Part shown: positions 32,740-42,171 of the stretch, in pieces
Numbering within the stretch: position 1 is the stretch's first letter
Layout: each line of letters begins with the position of its first letter
NCBI GenBank assembly: GCA_947057505.1
Contig: CAMSEM010000001.1
Location: 1-60,974, forward strand
From: an uncultured Clostridium sp.
GTDB taxonomy: Bacteria > Bacillota > Clostridia > TANB77 > CAG-508
Length of the DNA stretch: 60,974 bases
Direction: 5' to 3'
Program-made: the position numbers and the translations under genes
The notes under the pieces: generated by a model
Databases searched by the model: none
Told to the model about the DNA's origin: nothing
Seen by the model: the letters and a program-made list of their open reading frames with translations, nothing else

Positions 32740-32940
32740 TTTTCATTCCTCCATTATTTTCTATATTTCAATTTATGAACTTTATGTAAAAATTATACAC
32801 AATTTCTTATAAAATTACAAGTGTTTTTTTTATTTTTATATCTTTGTCTTTGCACAAGAAAAAGCTGTGCAATTCAAAATATTTTTGAAAATACACAGTT
32901 ATTTTAAACTCTCAAATTTTAGTTTTCACAATGTTCAAAG

Positions 32941-33568
32941 CTACCAGTATAACACTGAGCGAAAACCGATGTAATCATTCTGACTGTTGCCTGTAATAGT
33001 ACCTCTACGAATAGAGGCTGGATAGACAGAGCCTGTTTGTTCGTACCAACCACCTCTAATCACACGATTTTTGTCTAGGTAGACTTCCATAGTCCACTCA
33101 GCTGCATTCTCTGCTAGGTCATAAATATGTTTTTGCTGATATGATGTATTAGAACCCTATCACTTCCATTGGTTGATGATACACTTCAAGGAATAAAGTT
33201 CCATGGCGATACTCCTTTTTGGTGTGTATTTCCATCTGGAGTTGGTACATTAGCTACACTTTTATTTGGTGCATCAGCCTCTAGATTCCTGCCTCAAATC
33301 TGGCAATATAAAATCCTCCATTATTGGATACACTTTGATACATTTTTCTATTTTCTTCTGTTGAAGGTGTTGATCCTTCTTTTCCTGCTTTTTTACAAGA
33401 TTTTTGTGTTTCTTTTGCTGCTTTTTGTGCCATAGTGATAATTCCACTATCACTAAATAGCACGGTTATACTTACTCCTGCTAAAATCAAAAGCACTACA
33501 ATGGTGACTACTAAGGCAATTAGGGTAATACCTTTTTCTTGGGTTCTTATTACATGTTTCTCTTTCAT
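32941..33568 (-). pseudogene. Prepilin-type signal / FGE-sulfatase domain protein, decayed copy 2
   Basis: Start MKEKHVIRTQEKGITLIALVVTIVVLLILAGVSITVLF...GGFYIARFEAG, then a frame break at ~33283. It continues as LEADAPNKS...GVSPWNFIP, hits TGA at 33186..33188, and changes frame again. The intact C-terminal part reads HIYDLAENAAEWT...RVIRGGWY...DYIGFRSVLYW. Confidence 0.7.
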
Positions 33569-33806
33569 AAATTTCTTCTCCTTTTTTATGTTTATTTTGT
33601 TTCATTTAAAAGTATTTTTTTCTTCTTTCGTTCCTTATTATATATTTTGTTAATAGTATTCTGCAATTAACTGCTCTTATTATGTAGTATGTTGTTTGCA
33701 TAATTTCAATTCATGTTATGTTTATCGCTACTATGTGTAGCATGTATTACCTCTTTCTATTTGTAAACATGTTTTTTGAACCGTTCTACCAGATTACAAG
33801 CTTGTC

Positions 33807-33849
33807 TTAAAAAAATAACACTAGATTTTTTTATAAATCTAATGTTATT
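33807..33849 (-). terminator. Intrinsic terminator after hemW
   Basis: 15-bp stem AATAACACTAGATTT / AAATCTAATGTTATT (1 mismatch), followed on the minus strand by a run of U. Confidence 0.7.
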
Positions 33850-33947
33850 TTAAATTTTTTGATATATTTGTATTATTTAACTTTGTAATTTTTTCATTAT
33901 CCTTTTTTGAACCGTTCTCCCCTAGTACAAGTATCTTTCGCTTTTAC

Positions 33948-35096
33948 CTATATAAACTCTTCCCAAACTAAATTTGCAAAATCTAGCCCCTTACTCGTTA
34001 ATTTTATATTATCTCCATCAATTCCAATCAACTCTTCTTTTGTTAATTTTTCTAGTTCAGTATGGTATAAATAAATTGGATTTACTACAAATTTATTTTT
34101 AAATTCTTGAATACTAACTCCTTCTAATGTTCTTAATTTTAATAGCATATATTCTTTTTGTCTTTCTTCTAAAGTTTGCTTTTCTTGAATTATTACATTT
34201 TTTTCTGGTACTTTTTCTTCATAGTTTTTTATATATTGTTCTATAGAATCAATATTAGAATACCTCATACCTTCTATGTAAGAGTGAGCTGCTGCGCCCA
34301 CTCCCATATATTCTTTTTGTTCCCAACAATCTAAATTGTGTTTTGCTTTGTAATTTGATTTTGCAAAGTTAGAAATCTCATAATGTTCATAACCACTTTT
34401 TTCTAGTAATTGTTTTGTCTTCCAATACATTTGTCTTTCTTTTTCTTCTTCTATTGGTTTAACAATCCCTTCTTTTATTTGTTTTTGTAAGTTAGTTCCT
34501 TCTTCTACTATTAAAGAATATACAGAAATATGTTCTGGTTCTAATGATATAATTTCTTCTAATGAATCTTCTAAATCTTGTATAGTTTGATTAGGTAGTG
34601 CTAACATTAAGTCTACATTAATATTTTGAAATCCTACTTCTCTTGCTAAATGGTAGGCATCTACAAATTCATAGTAATTGTGTATTCTACCTATTGTTTG
34701 TAATAAATGATTTTGGGTTGCTTGTAATCCGATACTTAGTCTATTAATACCACACTTAGCATATTCTTCTAGTTTTTCTATGCTAACTGTTCCTGGGTTT
34801 ACTTCTATTGTTATTTCTGCTTTTTGATCTACTACATAATTAGCATAAATTGTTTCTAATATTTGTGTAATGTATTTACTTGCTATAAAAGATGGTGTTC
34901 CTCCACCAATATATATTGTTTTTACTTGAAATAGAAAATCGGGTGATTTACTTTTATATTTTATTTCTTCTATAAGACTTTTTATATAACGTGGTATCCA
35001 TTCTTCTTCATTTGCCAGTGAATAAAAGTCACAATAGTAGCATTTTTGTTTACAAAATGGAATATGAATATAAATTCCTATTTCTTTGTTTTGCAT
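33948..35096 (-). CDS. hemW: Radical SAM heme chaperone HemW (HemN-like, oxygen-independent coproporphyrinogen oxidase family)
   Basis: IHIPFCKQKCYYCDF (CxxxCxxC), GGGTPS and a HemN C-terminal domain. Confidence 0.9.
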   Translation of the reverse strand: MQNKEIGIYIHIPFCKQKCYYCDFYSLANEEEWIPRYIKSLIEEIKYKSKSPDFLFQVKTIYIGGGTPSFIASKYITQILETIYANYVVDQKAEITIEVNPGTVSIEKLEEYAKCGINRLSIGLQATQNHLLQTIGRIHNYYEFVDAYHLAREVGFQNINVDLMLALPNQTIQDLEDSLEEIISLEPEHISVYSLIVEEGTNLQKQIKEGIVKPIEEEKERQMYWKTKQLLEKSGYEHYEISNFAKSNYKAKHNLDCWEQKEYMGVGAAAHSYIEGMRYSNIDSIEQYIKNYEEKVPEKNVIIQEKQTLEERQKEYMLLKLRTLEGVSIQEFKNKFVVNPIYLYHTELEKLTKEELIGIDGDNIKLTSKGLDFANLVWEEFI

Positions 35097-35100
35097 TTTT

Positions 35101-35991
35101 TCATCTCCCCATTTTTTTATTTTCTTCTGCTATTTTTTGAATTGCTTGTAATCTATGGTTTACTCCTGATTTTCCAATTGGAGACTTTAACATTTTTCCT
35201 AATTCTATAAGTGATGCTTCTGGATTTTCTATTCTAAGCTTTGCTATTTCTTGCAATTGCTTTGACATTTTTCCTAGTTCTCCAATTTTTTGTAAATAAT
35301 AAATATCTTCTATTTGCTTAAATGCTGCATTTACTGTTTTACTTAAGTTTGCTGTTTCACAGTTTACTTTTCTATTAATTTGATTTCTCATGTCACGATA
35401 AACTCGTATTTCTTCAAATTTTAATACAGAATTATTAGCACCAATAAAAGCTAAAAACTTTGATATTTCTTCTCCATCTTTAGTATATAAAGCTTGTGCT
35501 GTTTTCTTTTTTATTCCTTTAAAGTAAATATGGTAATTACTTAAAATATCCCAAACTATTTTCATGTTATCTTCGTTTGAAAATAGTAATTCTAAATGAT
35601 AAGTATTTTTAGGATTGTTAATAGAACCACCGCCTAAAAAAGCTCCTCTTACAAATGCTTTTTGAAGTAGTTCTTGTTTTTGTATTTGTACTTTATTTAA
35701 TATAACCTCATTACTTTCATAATAGACTTCTTCTAATTCTAATTTTTGAAATGTAATACAAAATTTTTTTCCATTTACTTCAATATGATGGTTTTGACAT
35801 TTTAAATTACTTAGTAATTTGCTAAAACGATTAATATTATATTCGTTTTCAGTGGAAAATTTTAGCTTATTTTTTTCCATATTAATATTATTAGTAGACA
35901 TATAGCCTAGTAGCTCATATTTTACTACTTCTTTATTTGCTAAATTATTCATTTTGTTTAATTCTGCTTTTACCTCACTTGAAAAAGACAT
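35101..35991 (-). CDS. whiA: DNA-binding protein WhiA
   Basis: N-terminus MSFSSEVKAEL, a degenerate LAGLIDADG core and a C-terminal HTH (SGVNHRL). Confidence 0.9.
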   Translation of the reverse strand: MSFSSEVKAELNKMNNLANKEVVKYELLGYMSTNNINMEKNKLKFSTENEYNINRFSKLLSNLKCQNHHIEVNGKKFCITFQKLELEEVYYESNEVILNKVQIQKQELLQKAFVRGAFLGGGSINNPKNTYHLELLFSNEDNMKIVWDILSNYHIYFKGIKKKTAQALYTKDGEEISKFLAFIGANNSVLKFEEIRVYRDMRNQINRKVNCETANLSKTVNAAFKQIEDIYYLQKIGELGKMSKQLQEIAKLRIENPEASLIELGKMLKSPIGKSGVNHRLQAIQKIAEENKKMGR

Positions 35992-36869
35992 TACATTTCA
36001 CCTACTTTTTTAAAGATAAGTACTCTATCATTACCACCTAAATCTTTAATGGGACTTGTGGTAATTAATTCAAGATTACTTTTACTATTTTCCCATATGT
36101 TGATAATTTGATTTCCTTGATCATAGCCTATTTCTAAAAATAAGTAACCATTTGTTTTTAAATAGTTTGATGCGTTTTGTAAGATAATTCTATAAAAGGT
36201 AAGCCCATCTTTGCCACCATCTAAAGCTATATGTGGTTCTTTTTTTACTTCTTTTGGCAAATTTGTAATAATATTAGTTTGAATATATGGTGGATTAGAT
36301 ACAATATAGTTAAATTGTTTTTTAGGTATTTGTTCAAACATATTGGAGCAAATGCATTCTATTTTTTCGTTTGTTAAATTTGCTTTTGCATTTTTTATAG
36401 TAACATCTAAAGCTTTTTTAGAAATGTCGCTTGCTGTTACCTTTACATTTTGAACATATTTTGCAATCGATATAGCTATTGCTCCACTGCCAGTACATAA
36501 GTCTAACACATCGCTTGTTTTGCTGACAGTTTCTAATTGTTTTTGCATAGTTTCAATTACTTTTTCTACTAAAATTTCAGTATCTGGCTGTGGTATTAGT
36601 ACATTTTCATCCACATAAAAATTAATTCCCATAAATTCTTGTTTATTTGTTATATACTGTAGTGGCTTTCCATTTATCACTTGTTCTAATTTTTCTTGAT
36701 ATTCTTTTTGCTTTTCTATAGATACTTCTTCTAAATTATGAGTTATAAATTGTTCATTTTGTTGTTTTAATATATGATTTAGTAGTTTTTTAGCTTTGAA
36801 ATAAGCATCTTCTATTTTGTTTTGTTTCAATTTTTCTTCTCCTAAAAGAAGTAATTGTTTTTGGTTCAT
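35991..36869 (-). CDS. prmC: Peptide chain release factor N5-glutamine methyltransferase
   Basis: SAM motif LDLCTGSGAI and catalytic NPPY. Confidence 0.9.
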   Translation of the reverse strand: MNQKQLLLLGEEKLKQNKIEDAYFKAKKLLNHILKQQNEQFITHNLEEVSIEKQKEYQEKLEQVINGKPLQYITNKQEFMGINFYVDENVLIPQPDTEILVEKVIETMQKQLETVSKTSDVLDLCTGSGAIAISIAKYVQNVKVTASDISKKALDVTIKNAKANLTNEKIECICSNMFEQIPKKQFNYIVSNPPYIQTNIITNLPKEVKKEPHIALDGGKDGLTFYRIILQNASNYLKTNGYLFLEIGYDQGNQIINIWENSKSNLELITTSPIKDLGGNDRVLIFKKVGEM

Positions 36870-36940
36870 TTATTTTTCTCTTTTCTTTTTATTTGCTGCT
36901 TTTATATTATATCATGCTAGTTTGGAAAGTACAAGTATGC

Positions 36941-37135
36941 AAAAAACCCCGCCTTAGCCGTAAGGTGAATGAAATTTTAAGGACCTGTTTTCACAGGTGG
37001 GTGTCTTGTTGAAAGCTTCTGGGTTTCTTATAGCAAATATGGTATAAGCATACACGCCACCTTCAAAGGCGGACTCCCGTTTAAGATTTGTTGGTTCTAA
37101 AATTCCAGTCTACACGCACTATGCAGGGAAAATAT
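36941..37135 (-). ncRNA. ssrS: Probable 6S RNA
   Basis: A ~195-nt non-coding interval. The 5' UUCCCUGC... can pair with the 3' ...GCGGGG. The 3' half reads CACCCACCUGUGAAAACAGG...CACCUUACGGCUAAGGCGGGGUUUUUU, reminiscent of the 6S closing stem and 3' hairpins. It ends in a U-run. Confidence 0.55.
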
Positions 37136-37153
37136 ATTTTATTATTTACTTTT

Positions 37154-37645
37154 TTACATTGCTTCTAGCTTGAAGTCTTTTATATTAGCAAAATCAGCAG
37201 TTATAGTGTGATCAAATTGTTCTGTTTCTCCTGCTTTAATGTTTGGCATAATAGCTTTAAGTTCTACTATTGTTTCTCCATTTTCTCCTATTAATGTTAA
37301 TTTTACTGTTTCTCGTTCAAAGTCTGTACTCGCTGTATTTTTAACATTTGCTAATATAACTGTATTTCCAATATTATTTTTTGTAATTTGAATTCCTGTT
37401 ATTTCTATATCTTTATATTTTTTTGCTTTTTTTAAGTCTTCACTATTATTTAGTTTTGTACCATCATTTAATGTAGTAATATATTTTTCTTTGTTTTGTA
37501 CATTTTCACTAGTTACTCCATTATTTTGTGTTTTATCTGTATTTTCTTTTCCTTTTGTAAATATATTAATACATACTGCAATGATTAATATAACCACCAT
37601 AATTCCAATTAATGTAAATACTACTTTCTTTTCTTTTTCTGTCAT
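37154..37645 (-). CDS. Hypothetical membrane-anchored protein (163 aa)
   Basis: N-terminal TM helix followed by a beta-rich extracytoplasmic domain. No family recognised. Confidence 0.5.
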   Translation of the reverse strand: MTEKEKKVVFTLIGIMVVILIIAVCINIFTKGKENTDKTQNNGVTSENVQNKEKYITTLNDGTKLNNSEDLKKAKKYKDIEITGIQITKNNIGNTVILANVKNTASTDFERETVKLTLIGENGETIVELKAIMPNIKAGETEQFDHTITADFANIKDFKLEAM

Positions 37646-37876
37646 TTGTATATTCCTCTCTTTTTTATTCTTATTATATTAAAACACAATATTGTAAAAA
37701 AGTAAAGATTTTATTTTGTGTTTTTCAAATTTTATTTTTGACTTCTTATTGTACGTATAAGAATCATATCTACAAATATCTTATTTTTAAAATTTATTTA
37801 TATTACAATTTATGCATAAAAATAATTTAATAAGAAAGGGTGCTATTACATTATTTTATAGCATAATAGATGAAAT

Positions 37877-38083
37877 ATGATTAATTTTAATATTATACCA
37901 TTGTTAAAAAAGCAAGGAAAAAGCAAATATTGGCTTTGTAAGAATATGAATATTACTTCTCATAATTTAAATAGAGTTTTAAAAGGAGAAACCACTTCTA
38001 TTTCATTTAAATATTTAGAAGATATGTGTAAATATTTAGATTGTGAAATTGGTGAACTAATTTCTTATGAAGAAACTAAGTAG
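37877..38083 (+). CDS. XRE-family helix-turn-helix transcriptional regulator (68 aa)
   Basis: HTH_26/XRE-like pattern: KSKYWLCKNMNITSHNLNRVLKGETTSISFKYLEDMCKYLDCEIGEL. Confidence 0.7.
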   Translation: MINFNIIPLLKKQGKSKYWLCKNMNITSHNLNRVLKGETTSISFKYLEDMCKYLDCEIGELISYEETK

Positions 38084-38198
38084 TTACATTTTCTTTTATA
38101 TTATACAAAGAAAATTATGTATAAATAAATTTTGACATTTACTATATAAAATAGTACAGAAAAAACTTTTTTCTGCACTATTTTAATATACTTTTTTA

Positions 38199-39461
38199 TT
38201 ACTTAGTTATTAAATATTTTTCTATTTGAATTGCCGCTTCTCTTCCATCTCTTGCTGCCCATGCAACAGTTTGGGTACTTCCAATTAAGTCACCACCTGC
38301 AAAAATATTGGTTCCTTCTATATTTTTTTGATTGTTTACTTCTAAATAGTTTTTCTTTGTGTTGGTAAGATTTTGGCTCTCTAATAGGTTAATATTTACT
38401 TTAGACCCTACTGCCATTACTACATAATCCATATCCATTTGGTAATTACTATTTTCTATGTCTACTGGTACTTTTCTAGTCTCCCCTTCTTTTTGAACAA
38501 GCTCAGTCTTAATACATTCTATTTTTTCTACTTTTTTATTTCCCAATATTTTGTTAATATTAGTTTGAAATAAAAATTCTATTCCTTCTTGCTTTGCCTC
38601 ACTAATTTCTTTTACTTCTGCTGGCATTTCTATCTCTGATCTTCTATAAATAACAATTACTCTTTTAGCACCTAGCTTTTTTATAGTTCTTGCACAGTCC
38701 ATTGCAACATTTCCACCACCAATAATTGCAACTTGTTTATTTGTATAGTTTGGATGATTTGCTAATTCCAGTAATGTATTTCCGCCGAAAACTCCTTCTA
38801 GTTCTTCTCCTTCTACATTCATTTTTCTTGGAATATTTGCTCCTAATGCTAAAAATACAGCATCATATTGTTTTTGTAATGCATTTAATTGTATATCTTT
38901 TCCTAACTCTTGATGATATTTTACTTCTATTCCTAAATTTAGAATAGATTGTATTGTTCTATGTAAAATTTCTCTTTGTAGTCTAAATTCTGGTATTCCA
39001 TGACTTAAAATACCTCCAAGTTCCCCATATTTTTCGTAAATGGTAATGGTTGCTCCTTTTCTAGCTAAAAAGCTGCTAGCAGTTAAACCTGCTGGTCCAC
39101 CACCTATAATTGCTACCTTTTTTCCTTTTAAGGTTGTTTCTATTTCTATATTTTTATCATATCCATTTTTTAGTGCAGTATCAAATACATATGCCTCTAG
39201 CTCTCCTATATTAACAGGCTCACCTTTGATTCCTCTTACACAACTACCTTGACATTGTTTTTGGTGTGGGCATATTCTACCACAAACACTACCTAATGCT
39301 GTAGTTTTTAGTAGAGTTTGATAGGCTTGTTCTAATTTTCCTTCTTTGGTAAGTTTAATAAATGTTGGTATGTCATTTGATAATGGACAACCATTTTTGC
39401 TGCATGGTTTTACTGTGCAATTTAAACAATAATTAGCTAAATTTTGTATTTGCTCGTTCAT
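38199..39461 (-). CDS. NAD(P)H-dependent oxidoreductase, glutamate synthase small-subunit (GltD)-like
   Basis: N-terminal Cys clusters (C..C....C ; CGRICPHQKQC) and two Rossmann GxGxxG motifs (IIGGGPAG, IIGGGNVA). Confidence 0.8.
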   Translation of the reverse strand: MNEQIQNLANYCLNCTVKPCSKNGCPLSNDIPTFIKLTKEGKLEQAYQTLLKTTALGSVCGRICPHQKQCQGSCVRGIKGEPVNIGELEAYVFDTALKNGYDKNIEIETTLKGKKVAIIGGGPAGLTASSFLARKGATITIYEKYGELGGILSHGIPEFRLQREILHRTIQSILNLGIEVKYHQELGKDIQLNALQKQYDAVFLALGANIPRKMNVEGEELEGVFGGNTLLELANHPNYTNKQVAIIGGGNVAMDCARTIKKLGAKRVIVIYRRSEIEMPAEVKEISEAKQEGIEFLFQTNINKILGNKKVEKIECIKTELVQKEGETRKVPVDIENSNYQMDMDYVVMAVGSKVNINLLESQNLTNTKKNYLEVNNQKNIEGTNIFAGGDLIGSTQTVAWAARDGREAAIQIEKYLITK

Positions 39462-39519
39462 CTTTTTATTTCCCTTCTATTAATTACAAATATTTAATCC
39501 CTTTTTTCTACAAAGCTTG

Positions 39520-40089
39520 TCATATATCATTTTGCTTTAATTCTTCATACTTATTTACTACTTGTTTTAAATCTTTCCAAAATTCAATTTTCTTATTTTC
39601 ATCTCTTAAAAGTGCTGCTGGATGCCAAGTTGGCATATACAAAATGCCTTTTTGCTCAATCCAATTGCCTCTAGCTGCTGTTATTCCATAGTTCTTCCCT
39701 AAAATATTTTTTAACGCTGTATTTCCTAGTAATACAATAATTTTAGGTTTAACTAAAACCACTTGATTTCGTAAATAATTTAAGCAAGCTACCGCTTCTA
39801 CTTCTTCTGGAACTCTGTTTGCAGGTGGTCTACATTTTACAATGTTTGCAATATATACTTCTTCTCTTTTAATTCCTAATCCTTGAAATGCTTTGTTCAT
39901 AAGCTGTCCTGCTTTTCCTACAAAAGGTAGACCTTGACTATCTTCATCTGCTCCTGGGCCTTCTCCTATAAACATAATAGTTGCCTCTTTATTTCCTTCT
40001 CCAAACACAATGTTATGCCTATTTTGAGATAGCTTACACTTTTGGCAATTTTGAATACTTTGTTCTAGTTCTTCCCATGTTTCGTACAT
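39520..40089 (-). CDS. Uracil-DNA glycosylase, family 4
   Basis: C.KC.L, GEGPGADED, FVG.AG and a conserved C-terminal HP motif (WHPAALLR). Confidence 0.88.
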   Translation of the reverse strand: MYETWEELEQSIQNCQKCKLSQNRHNIVFGEGNKEATIMFIGEGPGADEDSQGLPFVGKAGQLMNKAFQGLGIKREEVYIANIVKCRPPANRVPEEVEAVACLNYLRNQVVLVKPKIIVLLGNTALKNILGKNYGITAARGNWIEQKGILYMPTWHPAALLRDENKKIEFWKDLKQVVNKYEELKQNDI

Positions 40090-40131
40090 TTCTTACCTCT
40101 CTTTTATTTTCTTTCTATTATTTTGACTTTC

Positions 40132-41043
40132 TTATTTTACACATTCTTCTAATAACTGTATTTTTTCTTCTGCATTCGTATCTATTTTTGCCATTGTTCC
40201 AATTGGAATGACTGTTTTTTTGTCAATATGTCCAAAATTATTAGACTTAATAATTGGAAATGTATATTTTCCCTCTAAAGTATCTAGTAGAATTTGCTCT
40301 ATTGCTACACTCCCATCATAATTACCAAGCCATATTCCTTTTATTTTATCAAATACTCCATTTTGCTTCATATGGTATAAATAATTACTTACTAATGCTG
40401 GTGGTGTTTCTAAAAATAGCTCTTCTAAAAATAAAATTTTATCTGTAAAATCAATTGCGTAATTTCCAGATACCATTCCATTAACCAAACTTAAATTTCC
40501 ACCTACTAAAATACCTTTTACATTTCCTTCTTTTATTGTAATATATTCATCTTCTGCTTTTCCTAACTTAAGGGCTCCTTGATGAAAACGTTTCATAACT
40601 TCTTCATAACCATATTCTGTTTGCCATGAAGTTAAAGCTTTAAAGGTAGGTCCATGAAATGTAACTAATCCTGTTTTACTATAAATTGCATTTAAAAGTG
40701 AGGTAGAATCACTAAAACCACAAATAATTTTTGGATTATATTTAATTGCATCATAATCTATATATTCAAATGTAGTGTTAGAATTAAACCCACCAGAAAT
40801 ACAAAAAATCGCTTTTACTTCTTTATCTTGAAACATAGAGTTAATATCTTCTGCTTTTTCTCTTGCTGTTGTCCCATATCCTAATGTATTTTTTAATGCG
40901 TTTTTAGCAAATTTTACATGAAAGCCTGAAGCTTCCATTAAGCAAATAGATTGATTAATAATTTCTAAATCATCTTTTGTTATAGCATCTGAAGGAGCAA
41001 TTAATCCTATATAATCTCCTTTTTTTAATTTTTCTGGTATCAT
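40132..41043 (-). CDS. LD-carboxypeptidase (peptidase S66 family)
   Basis: GDYIGLIAPS, nucleophile motif GFSDST and a C-terminal GH motif. Confidence 0.82.
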   Translation of the reverse strand: MIPEKLKKGDYIGLIAPSDAITKDDLEIINQSICLMEASGFHVKFAKNALKNTLGYGTTAREKAEDINSMFQDKEVKAIFCISGGFNSNTTFEYIDYDAIKYNPKIICGFSDSTSLLNAIYSKTGLVTFHGPTFKALTSWQTEYGYEEVMKRFHQGALKLGKAEDEYITIKEGNVKGILVGGNLSLVNGMVSGNYAIDFTDKILFLEELFLETPPALVSNYLYHMKQNGVFDKIKGIWLGNYDGSVAIEQILLDTLEGKYTFPIIKSNNFGHIDKKTVIPIGTMAKIDTNAEEKIQLLEECVK

Positions 41044-41134
41044 TTTTTCCTCCTTTTATCATTTAACCTTAACATATATTTTTTAATTTTTCACTCATAG
41101 TCAATAAGAATGCTAGGTTTATGAATAATATTTT

Positions 41135-41983
41135 TTAAATCTTGCAAATAATTGCTGCATTTCTGCCAGAAAGTTCTTTATCTTTTCTATATGAGTGAAA
41201 TTTATCACTATGGCATACGGTACATAAATTACTATCTATGATGTTTTCTTCTTTTAGTCCCATTTGTCTTAAAAGAATTTTATTGATTTCTACAGTATCT
41301 ATTACATATTTTTGTTTTCCTTGTTTTATTTGCATCTTTTGTATAATTTGCTCTATTTCTTGTAGGTTTTTATATTCATTATAAAATAACTCTTTTACAT
41401 CCTCTTCTACTTCAAAGCAGCATTCTCTAATGCTTGGGCATATGCAGCAAATAATATCTTTGGGATTACTTTTATAATTTTGCACCATTTGGTTAACTGC
41501 ATTTTGGCTTATTTTTTGAAGTGTGCCTCTCCATCCCGAATGAATGCTACCTACTACCTTTTTCGCAGGGTCAAATAGTAATAAAGATATGCAATCTGCT
41601 GATGTAGTAAGTAAGATAAGATTTGGCTTATTAGTTAAAATACCATCTACTTCTTGCAAATTTTCTACTTGATTAACAATTTGTACATGGTTTGTATGTG
41701 TTTGATGTGGTTTGATGATATTTTCTGCTTTTAATTGATTGTTTTTTGGTATGTTACTTTTTGTTTCTATATTGTTTTGATTTAAGCAGTCACAAATTTT
41801 ATTGCAACTTTGTTTATATTTTTCTTCATCTTTATATATTGGTGGAAAATTTAGTTCATTATTACTTCTTAATGTATAGCAATGTGTAATTTCAGGATAT
41901 TGTAATAACCTTTTAAATTGTAAATATTGAAGATTACCTTCCTTGCAACATATTAAATTCTCGTTTTCCCACATAATTTGCAT
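41135..41983 (-). CDS. pgeF: Peptidoglycan editing factor PgeF / YfiH (DUF152, laccase-domain) protein
   Basis: QTHTN.V, TADC.S..L.D, GS.HSGWRG and C..C....FHSYR. Likely start is the ATG at 41983, after GGAGGAAAG. Confidence 0.82.
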   Translation of the reverse strand: MQIMWENENLICCKEGNLQYLQFKRLLQYPEITHCYTLRSNNELNFPPIYKDEEKYKQSCNKICDCLNQNNIETKSNIPKNNQLKAENIIKPHQTHTNHVQIVNQVENLQEVDGILTNKPNLILLTTSADCISLLLFDPAKKVVGSIHSGWRGTLQKISQNAVNQMVQNYKSNPKDIICCICPSIRECCFEVEEDVKELFYNEYKNLQEIEQIIQKMQIKQGKQKYVIDTVEINKILLRQMGLKEENIIDSNLCTVCHSDKFHSYRKDKELSGRNAAIICKI

Positions 41984-42140
41984 ATAGCTTTCCTCCATAC
42001 CAATTTAATTTATATTTTTTCCATTTTGCTTTTATTTCATGCCAATTTAATTTGTATTATTTTATGCTATTTATAAGAAAAAATCAAGTTTAAACTGCTT
42101 TTTTGTATCGTCTTATCAGTATTTAAGTACCTTTCCAGTT

Positions 42141-42171
42141 TAAATACAAAAACGACCTACTGGTCGTTTTT
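42141..42171 (-). terminator. Intrinsic terminator overlapping the addB stop
   Basis: AAAAACGACC-AGTA-GGTCGTTTTT on the minus strand, followed by GTATTT. Confidence 0.7.
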
